Positions 7,320-14,676 of a DNA stretch of 14,676 bases are shown in pieces. The stretch spans positions 1 to 14,676 of the forward strand of contig JBHIEG010000036.1 of assembly GCA_046760505.1 (NCBI GenBank), written 5' to 3'. Both the position numbers and the translations under genes were made by a program. This stretch comes from Candidatus Hydrothermarchaeota archaeon. GTDB lineage: Archaea > CAYFZR01. The notes under the pieces were generated by a model that was given only the letters and a program-made list of their open reading frames with translations, did no database searches and was not told where the DNA came from. The first letter of the stretch is position 1, and every line of letters begins with the position of its first letter.

Positions 7320-9695
7320 GTGATGAATCACGAAAAAGAAGCCTACATATTGGGCGCCTTACTTCATGATATCGGCAAATTTGTCCAGAGAGCACAGAGA
7401 AATCCAAAAAGCAGAGACCATTGTAAATGGGGAGAAGAATGGTTTCAGGATAATCTTGCAGAAAAATTAACATCCGTCTTCACTGATGACGAGAAAGATA
7501 TAATAAGAAAATCGATTAATGTTCATCATGATTATTTTCCTTTCATCCAGTCAGCCGATGGCATTTCAGCATCTATGGATAGGATTTTGATTAAAAATGA
7601 AGAAGAGGGAGACCCCTTCACAGACCGACTGATTTCCATATTTTCGCGTATTTCAATTTCTAGGAAAGGGAAAGGAGAGCTTCACTATCATAATCTGGCT
7701 GAATTAGAAAAAGAAAATCTAGAAATGACATTTCCCATAAAAGAGAAAAAATGCAATTTCAATGAATATTCTGTTTTACTGGAAAAATTTAACAGCGAGA
7801 TAAAGAATTTAGATTTCAAAGAATTGACGCCAAAGCAAATTATCGAACAAATATATTTCATTCTATGGAAATACACTTGGTGCATTCCAAGTGCAGCGTA
7901 TAAGCATGAGCCAGACATTCCTCTTTTTGACCACTTAAAAATCTCGGCTGCAATTACAGCGTGCCTTTTTGATTATGATCAAAGATCGAAAAAGTCGGCA
8001 CCTGAAAAAAATAGAGAAGATGAAGAAGCTTTTGTTTATATAGCTGGAGATATTTCGGGAATTCAAAGCTTTATACTTGGAATTCTAACTCAACAGGGCA
8101 GAATTGCTAAGCGTCTCCGTGCTCGTTCCCTTCTTATTCAACTTTTATCAGAAATAGCCTCCCATCAGATATTGCATAAATTTGATCTACCTCTATGTAA
8201 CATAATTTCTTCAGCTGGAGGCAATTTTTATATTCTTGCTCCTAATATCCCCGAGGCAGAAAATCTGCTAAATGAACTACAGGAGTCCTTTGATAGATGG
8301 ATGTATGAAGAATACAGGGGTGAAATTTTCATTAGCCTTGCCTGGAGTAAAGCAAATAGCAATGATTTATCTTTCAACATAGATAACCTTTACGAAAAAA
8401 CTCACAAAAGATTACAGTTCAAGAAATACAGCCCCTTTAGGACAAATCTAATTAGTGATAATTCTTGGTCTACCAGAAAATTTTTGTTTAAAGAGGTAAT
8501 AGAGGGGGATGAGAAGGCGTGCGTGGGATGCCGCAAGCATCCTATTACTAATCAAGAAGAAAAGCTCTGCAAGTACTGCGACCTAGATAACAAAGTCGGT
8601 CAAAAATTAACAAGAGGTAAATATATTACCTATTTTTCTGATGATGCTCGCGCGTTTCCTTTGCTAAATTATTCTTTTGATATTTTGCCCAGCCTGAAAG
8701 AAGAAAAAAACGCCTACATGATCCAGGCACTAAACGACACAAAAAACCCGCAGATAGGATTCAAATTCATAGCAACTCATATTCCTACAGCAGAAGAAGT
8801 GGGGTGTAAAAAGGAGGAACATGAACATAAGCCAGGAACACCAGCACCAGCGTTTTTTGATTGTATTGCTGATGCATCTGAAGGGGATAAGTCATTAGCA
8901 TATGTTAAAGCTGATGTTGACAATATGGGAAAAATAATTAGGTATGGCTTCCACCCCTCCCTGCCAGAGGACAAATATGTCATTAAAGAAGTAAAACCAT
9001 CTGTCTCTCGCCTTTGCTCTTTGAGCAGAATGCTAGAAACATTTTTTGGCGGAGTAATACAGTTAGAGTTAGAAAAGGAGTTTCCTGAAATATACACTGT
9101 GTTTTCTGGAGGAGATGAGTTTTTTCTGCTGGGTCCATGGAATAAAATTATTGATTTTACAGAAAAAATAAGAAAAAAGTTCGATCAATTTACTGGGTTT
9201 AATCCAGACCTCACATTTTCAGCAGGGATTACGATGGCGAAACCTCATGAGCCTATATCTTTTTGTGCTGAATCAGTTAGCGAAGCATTGAATTGCTCAA
9301 AGGCAAGAAAAGATGAAACAGACATTGAATTGAAAAATGCTATTACTGTCTTTAATCAAACCTTGAGTTGGGATGAATTAAAGGATATTGTTTTGCCAGA
9401 AGTAAGGAAAATAAAGGAATGGGTGGATAAAGAACTTGTTTCTCGCCAATTTGCTTATTTACTTTGGCAATGCGCACTTAAGTATGAAATATATAAAAAA
9501 ACATGCAGAACAGATAGTCTGGAATTTGTTCCAATGCTTGCAGGAAGCATAAATCGCAATTTAGACCCAGTAAAGCAAGAAAAAATATTTAACTGGACAA
9601 AAAGTTTGTTGCCATCACAGAAGAAAGTATTTAGCGAGAAATTACAATTTTTAAGAACCATAATGGAGTATGTTCTGGCCTATACGAGGAGGTAA
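7320..9695 (+). CDS. cas10: Type III-A Cas10/Csm1 (HD nuclease + Palm domains)
   Basis: HD motifs LLHDIGK, DH, HHD and ADGISA; PLFDHLK; Palm1 GDISGIQSFI, KRLRARS and GGNFYIL; Zn finger CVGC...CKYC; Palm2 KADVDNMG and VFSGGDEFF; 791 aa. Confidence 0.96.
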   Translation: MMNHEKEAYILGALLHDIGKFVQRAQRNPKSRDHCKWGEEWFQDNLAEKLTSVFTDDEKDIIRKSINVHHDYFPFIQSADGISASMDRILIKNEEEGDPFTDRLISIFSRISISRKGKGELHYHNLAELEKENLEMTFPIKEKKCNFNEYSVLLEKFNSEIKNLDFKELTPKQIIEQIYFILWKYTWCIPSAAYKHEPDIPLFDHLKISAAITACLFDYDQRSKKSAPEKNREDEEAFVYIAGDISGIQSFILGILTQQGRIAKRLRARSLLIQLLSEIASHQILHKFDLPLCNIISSAGGNFYILAPNIPEAENLLNELQESFDRWMYEEYRGEIFISLAWSKANSNDLSFNIDNLYEKTHKRLQFKKYSPFRTNLISDNSWSTRKFLFKEVIEGDEKACVGCRKHPITNQEEKLCKYCDLDNKVGQKLTRGKYITYFSDDARAFPLLNYSFDILPSLKEEKNAYMIQALNDTKNPQIGFKFIATHIPTAEEVGCKKEEHEHKPGTPAPAFFDCIADASEGDKSLAYVKADVDNMGKIIRYGFHPSLPEDKYVIKEVKPSVSRLCSLSRMLETFFGGVIQLELEKEFPEIYTVFSGGDEFFLLGPWNKIIDFTEKIRKKFDQFTGFNPDLTFSAGITMAKPHEPISFCAESVSEALNCSKARKDETDIELKNAITVFNQTLSWDELKDIVLPEVRKIKEWVDKELVSRQFAYLLWQCALKYEIYKKTCRTDSLEFVPMLAGSINRNLDPVKQEKIFNWTKSLLPSQKKVFSEKLQFLRTIMEYVLAYTRR

Positions 9696-9697
9696 AA

Positions 9698-10171
9698 ATG
9701 CTTAAAAAATGTGAAAGATGTGGGAAAGAATTTGACGCTCGTGATCCCACACATAAAATTTGTCAAGGATGCTTTCGAGAGAGGAATAAAGGATATATTC
9801 CAGAAGAATTATTGATTCGCTCTTACTTTAATGATAGAGGCAATTTCATAGAAGATATCTTTATAGATATTCCTGAAAGACTTGCAAATATTTTCCATTA
9901 TGATGGTCTGAAGAATACACAGGCACGATATTTTTATAATAAAATTTTGAGGGCCAAAGAAATAGCGTTGCGTGAAGGATTTGATTCAGCAAGACCTATT
10001 CTTAATGAATGTGTGCCAGAGATTCAAGGGAAGTTAAATCGAAGAATAAGTGGATTCACAGAAAGTTTCGCTAGTTTTTTAAAACATCATTTATCATCTA
10101 TCAAAGACGAGAGAACTTTAGAGGCATTTTATAAACATATAAAAAGTGTCTTGGATTTTCTTCCAAGATAA
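9698..10171 (+). CDS. csm2: Type III-A small subunit Csm2 (Cas11) with N-terminal CxxC-x13-CxxC extension
   Basis: Lies between cas10 and csm3; Csm2-like GLKNTQARYFYNKI and C-terminal LEAFYKHIKSVL helices; SD GAGGAGG overlapping the cas10 end. Confidence 0.8.
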   Translation: MLKKCERCGKEFDARDPTHKICQGCFRERNKGYIPEELLIRSYFNDRGNFIEDIFIDIPERLANIFHYDGLKNTQARYFYNKILRAKEIALREGFDSARPILNECVPEIQGKLNRRISGFTESFASFLKHHLSSIKDERTLEAFYKHIKSVLDFLPR

Positions 10172-10185
10172 AAAAAGGAGGAAAG

Positions 10186-10875
10186 ATGAAGTTATTGAGC
10201 TATGCAAAATTAAGTGGAACTATTAAATTAAAGACAGGCTTACATATTGGGACAGGTGAAGAAGTTGGGAAAGGAGAACCATTGCCAGTTATGAGGTCAT
10301 TAAGAACCGGTCTTCCATATGTTCCGGGCTCATCTCTTAAGGGAAAAATGAGATGTCTTCTTGAGATTTCTTATGGAAAAATTGGAGAAAATAATGGTCC
10401 ATGCGATTGCGGTAGATGTCAAATATGTATTTTATTCGGAAGTGGAAGCACCAAAAAGATATTTGAGCCTACAAGACTTATCTTTCGTGATTCATATCTT
10501 AGCGAAAATTTTGAGAAAGAATTAGAAAAAATCGGATTAGAGGAAAAAACAGGTGTAAGAATCGATAGAAAAACAGGAACAGTTGCCAGAGGCGCTCTGT
10601 TTAATATACAAAGAGTTCCTGAAGGTTTTGAATTTGATTTCGAAATCTCAGCAAGAATATTTGAGAACGATGATAAAGAAGCTGTTAAAAAATGGCTAGC
10701 TATGGGCCTTTATTTTTTAGAACAGGATACATTTGGAGGAAGTGGCACAAGAGGAGCCGGGTACATCGAATTTAAAAATATAAAGTTTGATGACAAAGAA
10801 TTCGAGGAGGATTGGAGAGACAGATGTGCTGAAATAAAGGGGGAACTACTAGATCTAAAGATAAAAAAAGAATGA
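10186..10875 (+). CDS. csm3: Type III-A backbone RAMP Csm3 (Cas7)
   Basis: TGLHIG, LPYVPGSSLKGKMRCLLE, C.C..C.IC.LFG, RLIFRD, EEKTGVRIDR, QRVPEG and G-loop GGSGTRGAG; SD AAGGAGG. Confidence 0.95.
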   Translation: MKLLSYAKLSGTIKLKTGLHIGTGEEVGKGEPLPVMRSLRTGLPYVPGSSLKGKMRCLLEISYGKIGENNGPCDCGRCQICILFGSGSTKKIFEPTRLIFRDSYLSENFEKELEKIGLEEKTGVRIDRKTGTVARGALFNIQRVPEGFEFDFEISARIFENDDKEAVKKWLAMGLYFLEQDTFGGSGTRGAGYIEFKNIKFDDKEFEEDWRDRCAEIKGELLDLKIKKE

Positions 10876-11780
10876 AAAAATTTTATCGATTATTCCTTGT
10901 ATTCAAAACACCTATTCTAACTCCCTTACAGGCTGACACAATCTTCGGACATCTCTGCTGGGTAATAGCTCATAAAGAAGGAGAAAATGGATTAAAAAAA
11001 TTTCTTGATCCATTTAAAAGAAGTAATCCCCCATTCATCATTTCAGATGGATTTCCTCATGAGCTTCTTCCCAAGCCGTTATCTGCTGAATTTTTGTGCC
11101 CGGAAGAAAAAAGGAAAGAAGTAAAGAAAAGGGAATGGATAAATATCGAAGAGTTCAATAAGGTAAGAAAGGCAATGCTATTTGAATTTCCTGCAGACCT
11201 TGAAAGTAGGGATATTCCTCAAAATATTCTTTCGATACACAATACAATAGACCGTATAACAAATACAGTTACTTCAGAAGTTGGTGTCTACAGCTTTCAC
11301 GAAACTGCAATTTCAAAGGTGTGTATCTATTTAAAAATTATTGAGGATGTAAGGTGGCTCGAAAGGATAAGAGAACTTTTCGAAGAACTTTCTAAAATTG
11401 GCTTTGGCAGGAAGAAATCAATTGGAAAGGGCCATTTTTCAATTGAAGACATTGAAATATTTAATGGGTTTTCGGAAATAGAAAATGCTGACGGATTTGT
11501 CACCCTTTCTAATTTCTGCCCTGCGGAAAATGACCCAGTCGATGGGCTTTACAAAACATTTGTTAAATATGGAAAACTTGGTGAGGAATTTACTTTTTGT
11601 GGCAATCCTTTCAAGAGGCCTCTGCTTATGATTAAAACTGGCTCCGTTTTTAAAACCAAGCGAAAACCAGAGGAATTTTATGGACGAATGATAAACGAAC
11701 GCATTTCACCCCAAATAGATAAAGTGGTTCAATATGCCTATGCGTTTCCTGTGCCCCTTAGCTATCCAAAAGAAATTTAA
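10872..11780 (+). CDS. csm4: Type III-A RAMP Csm4 (Cas5)
   Basis: ADTIFGHLCW, IISDGFP, HNTIDR, G-loop GFGRKKSIGKGHF, GFVTLS, KTGSVF and QYAYAF; 4-bp overlap with csm3. Confidence 0.92.
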   Translation: MKKFYRLFLVFKTPILTPLQADTIFGHLCWVIAHKEGENGLKKFLDPFKRSNPPFIISDGFPHELLPKPLSAEFLCPEEKRKEVKKREWINIEEFNKVRKAMLFEFPADLESRDIPQNILSIHNTIDRITNTVTSEVGVYSFHETAISKVCIYLKIIEDVRWLERIRELFEELSKIGFGRKKSIGKGHFSIEDIEIFNGFSEIENADGFVTLSNFCPAENDPVDGLYKTFVKYGKLGEEFTFCGNPFKRPLLMIKTGSVFKTKRKPEEFYGRMINERISPQIDKVVQYAYAFPVPLSYPKEI

Positions 11781-11792
11781 TCCATAAAGATT

Positions 11793-12074
11793 ATGAAGTC
11801 TCAAAGAAATATTTTGATCTCCACTGTTGGGATAAGTCTTCTCTCTAATATCGAAAAACTTCCACAGGATAATCTCCTGAAAATAGAAAAAGTAAGAGGC
11901 AACTGGATCGGTCTTTCCAAGAGATTGCTAGAGGAATCGGCTGAGGATAAAGTGAATAAAATATGGCGAGAAAAGAAGTATATAAAGAAAATATATGATA
12001 ACCCAGACCTTTCTGAAAAAGAAAAATTAAAGATGGTTTTTATAGATTTAAGTGAGACCTATCTCAAGAAATAA
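11793..12074 (+). pseudogene. Short APE2256-family (CARF) CRISPR-associated gene, probably internally deleted
   Basis: N-terminus ILISTVGISLLSN matches the TVG(T/I)SLL.N start of APE2256-family CARF proteins, but the ORF is only 93 aa and has no TGG.K CARF motif. The frame is open from ATG to TAA. Confidence 0.6.
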
Positions 12075-12091
12075 AAAAAGGAGATGCATGG

Positions 12092-13330
12092 ATGCCGAAG
12101 ACGCTGATCATAAGCGTTGGAGGAGCTCCCTCTCCTGTGATCTATTCTATCAATCAACACACGCCTGATTACATTATATTTTTTGCTTCTCTTGAATCGA
12201 AAGAACAGATACCTTACATTCTAAAAAAGATTGCATACACTCCGAAGGGAACCGAGAATATCGTCACGGAATCAGCTGAAAATATCAATGTCTGTTTAAG
12301 TCGTCTTCGCAGGGAACTTCCTCAGAAGTTACATCTCTATAAATCTAAGCTTCAGGAAACTATCGTTGATTATACAGGCGGCACAAAATGCATGTCCGCT
12401 GCTCTTGTTCTCTCGACCGTCGATTTGAGCTCTTCTTTTTCTTATATTGGTGGATTAGAGCGAGATAAGGGAGGCATAGGAATCACAATAAATGGAAAGG
12501 AGAGAGGATTTTATACGAATAATCCCTGGGATGAGCTTGCCATAGAAGCAAAGAAGAGAATCTCCCTTCTCTTCAATAGAGCCCGTTATCAAGCCGCTAA
12601 AGATGTGGTTGATAAAACTCTGGAGAAAGTGGCAAATAGAGAGAAGCCTTTATTTGAAATATTGGGCATCCTTATCCAGGGCTACATTTACTGGGATGGA
12701 TTCAAATATAAAACGGCTTTGAACAAGCTTGGAAGGGGGCAGAGGGATCTTAAAATTTATTGTGCGAACCTTGAAGAGAATCATCCCTGTGTCTGTCTTC
12801 AGAGGGATGTCGAAAGAAATATTCATTTTCTTTATCAAATTAAAAGCAGTAATAATCAGATTCTGGATTTAATAAGCAATGCGAGAAGAAGGGCAGAACT
12901 TGAAAACAGGTATGACGACGCTTTGATACGCCTATACAGGACCCTTGAAAAGAGGGCCCAGATTGAGATCCGCAAATACAAAATCGACCCTTCTGATGTT
13001 GATGCTCATCTCCTGCCTCCTTCAATTAGGGATGAGATAAAGAAAAAATATTTTGACAGAAGAAAAAACAAAATTAAGGCTCCTATGTATGCCTCTTATC
13101 AGATACTTAAAGAGAAAGAAAGGGAGCTTGGAACTCAAGGAATCGGACATAAGTTTTTTGACCATTATCATTTCATTGATAAAATCATTGCCTTAAGGAA
13201 TCAGAGCATATTGATCCATGGAGAGAATCCGATTGACGAATCCAAATATAAAGATGTTTATAAAAGAATCTTACAGTTTTTTGAAATCGAGGAGGATGAT
13301 ATTCCCCTTTTCCCTGTGTTTGAATTGTAA
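12092..13330 (+). CDS. CARF-HEPN ancillary effector (TIGR02710/Csm6-like, putative cOA-activated RNase)
   Basis: CARF motifs LIISVGGAPSP and VDYTGGTKCMSAAL, NNPW, RYDDALIRLYRTLE, and HEPN motif LRNQSILIHG (R-x6-H); SD AAGGAG. Confidence 0.88.
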   Translation: MPKTLIISVGGAPSPVIYSINQHTPDYIIFFASLESKEQIPYILKKIAYTPKGTENIVTESAENINVCLSRLRRELPQKLHLYKSKLQETIVDYTGGTKCMSAALVLSTVDLSSSFSYIGGLERDKGGIGITINGKERGFYTNNPWDELAIEAKKRISLLFNRARYQAAKDVVDKTLEKVANREKPLFEILGILIQGYIYWDGFKYKTALNKLGRGQRDLKIYCANLEENHPCVCLQRDVERNIHFLYQIKSSNNQILDLISNARRRAELENRYDDALIRLYRTLEKRAQIEIRKYKIDPSDVDAHLLPPSIRDEIKKKYFDRRKNKIKAPMYASYQILKEKERELGTQGIGHKFFDHYHFIDKIIALRNQSILIHGENPIDESKYKDVYKRILQFFEIEEDDIPLFPVFEL

Positions 13331-13331
13331 C

Positions 13332-13352
13332 CAGAAGCCGGGCTTGCTTCTG
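13332..13352 (+). other. Short stem-loop between the effector gene and cas1
   Basis: CAGAAGC (13332-13338) pairs with GCTTCTG (13346-13352) around a 7-nt loop; no U-tract immediately follows. Confidence 0.35.
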
Positions 13353-13394
13353 TGCAAGTTCTTTGAAAATTAAGCCAGAACTGGAGGATAGAAA

Positions 13395-14387
13395 ATGGCA
13401 GTTCTCTATTTAATAGAACAGGGTTCTCTTCTGAGGAAAGAATCGAAGAGACTGGTTGTAGAAAAGGAAGGAAAAATTCTTCTTGAAGTTCCAGAATTTA
13501 AGATAGAAAGAGTGATCATAATTGGTAATGTTCAACTTACAACCCAGGCTATGAAATTCCTGCTTCAATCGGGTATTGAAACGGCCTTTATGACAACCCG
13601 GGGAAAATTGATAGGAAAACTCACTCCTGTTGAGACTAAAAATGTGGAGCTGAGAATGTTGCAGTATCAAAAATATCATGATGAAAAATTCAGATTATCA
13701 ATGGCAAAATGCATTGTAGAGGGAAAGATAAAAAACTCAAAGGTGCTACTCCAGAAGTATCAGAGGAATCATCCTGAGGTTAATTTCGGTGCATCCATTA
13801 GAGAATTGAATGAATTACTCTTAGGCCTGTCCCGCAAAGAGAAGGTCTCTTCTGTATTCGGTTTAGAAGGAAGGGCATCAGCAGCATATTTCTCATGCTT
13901 TGGCCGTATGTTCAGAAAAGAACTCCAATTTGAGACGAGAACCAAGCATCCCCCACTTGACCCGGTAAATGCTCTGCTGAGTCTTGGGTATACACTGATA
14001 ACAAACGAGATACTTTCTGTAGTCTCTTCTATAGGTTATGACCCTTATATAGGTTTTCTTCATGGAATAGAATACGGGAGACCTTCTCTAGCGCTTGATC
14101 TGGTTGAAGAATTTCGCGCTCCAATTATTGACCGGCTCACTCTGGAAATCATCAACAAAGGGATTATTACATCGGGAGATTTCGAAAAAAAGGAGAAAGG
14201 ATATTTTCTCAAAGATTCTTCAAGAGAGAGATTTTTCAAGCAGTATGAGAAGAGAATGCAGGAAAGTTTTTTCATTCCTGAAGAAAAAGCTGAAGGAAAT
14301 TACAGAAGAATATTTTTCTACCAGGCGCAGAAATTTGCCAAATCTCTGAGATCGGGTAGCTTATACAGACCTTTTGCAATAAGGTGA
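13395..14387 (+). CDS. cas1: CRISPR-associated endonuclease Cas1
   Basis: LYLIEQGS, GLEGRASAAYF, PPLDPVNALLSLGY, GYDPYIGFLHG and SLALDLVEEFRAPIIDR; SD GGAGG. Confidence 0.98.
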   Translation: MAVLYLIEQGSLLRKESKRLVVEKEGKILLEVPEFKIERVIIIGNVQLTTQAMKFLLQSGIETAFMTTRGKLIGKLTPVETKNVELRMLQYQKYHDEKFRLSMAKCIVEGKIKNSKVLLQKYQRNHPEVNFGASIRELNELLLGLSRKEKVSSVFGLEGRASAAYFSCFGRMFRKELQFETRTKHPPLDPVNALLSLGYTLITNEILSVVSSIGYDPYIGFLHGIEYGRPSLALDLVEEFRAPIIDRLTLEIINKGIITSGDFEKKEKGYFLKDSSRERFFKQYEKRMQESFFIPEEKAEGNYRRIFFYQAQKFAKSLRSGSLYRPFAIR

Positions 14388-14393
14388 AGGTCC

Positions 14394-14676
14394 ATGAAAG
14401 AAGCATATTTCTGGATTGTAAGTTATGATATTAAAGACAACAGAAGGAGAAACCATGTAAGCCGCGAGTTAAAAAATTATGGAACAAGAGTTCAATACAG
14501 CGTATTTGAGTGCTTGATGCCCGATGAAAAAGCTCGGGAATTGACTGAAAAATTGGAAAGCATTATTGAGGACAAAGAGGACAGTGTACGATTCTATAAA
14601 ATATGTGAGAGCTGCCAGAGGAAAATTTCTGTTTATGGACGTGGGAAAGTAACAGAAGATGAAGACGTTTATATAA
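14394..14676 (+). CDS. cas2: CRISPR-associated endonuclease Cas2 (3'-truncated by window)
   Basis: Not in the ORF track. Manual translation: MKEAYFWIVSYDIKDNRRRNHVSRELKNYGTRVQYSVFECLMPDEKARELTEKLESIIEDKEDSVRFYKICESCQRKISVYGRGKVTEDEDVYI..., with the YDI, RVQYSVFE and DSVRFY motifs. The final TAA of the window is out of frame. Confidence 0.96.
   Translation, partial: MKEAYFWIVSYDIKDNRRRNHVSRELKNYGTRVQYSVFECLMPDEKARELTEKLESIIEDKEDSVRFYKICESCQRKISVYGRGKVTEDEDVYI

Noticed and set aside
9108-9122. Calling Cas10 a diguanylate cyclase because of GGDEF
   Set aside because: The surrounding sequence is ordinary Cas10 Palm2, and a hydrophobic residue after GGDD is normal. The real deviation is the single D-to-E change.
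741-14349. Short antisense or alternate-frame ORFs in the track (e.g. 741-932, 2274-2531, 3974-4300, 8777-9097, 13410-13679, 14095-14349)
   Set aside because: They lie within or largely overlap well-supported genes and show no motifs; treated as shadow ORFs.

Overview
Bacterial window with three blocks. (1) 1-4979 (+): the 3' end of a sensor histidine kinase, an OmpR/PhoB-family response regulator, an 11-bp-periodic TT(A/G)ACA repeat resembling a Pho box, and an operon of an extended-SDR epimerase/dehydratase plus two tandem B12-binding radical SAM genes. (2) 5048-5810 (-): a HEPN-MNT toxin-antitoxin-type pair divergent from the cas operon, separated from it by a ~400-bp intergenic region with a degenerate 69-bp tandem repeat and an inverted repeat. 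(3) 6270-end (+): a type III-A CRISPR-Cas operon: cas6, cas10, csm2, csm3, csm4, a 93-aa APE2256/CARF-like remnant, a TIGR02710-like CARF-HEPN effector, cas1 and a cas2 cut by the window edge. No CRISPR array is visible. The effector module is atypical in several ways at once: Csm3 lacks the catalytic aspartate, the Cas10 cyclase motif reads GGDE(F) instead of GGDD, Csm2 has an N-terminal zinc-ribbon-like extension, and there is no csm5. All family calls come from motif recognition by eye; no database searches were run.
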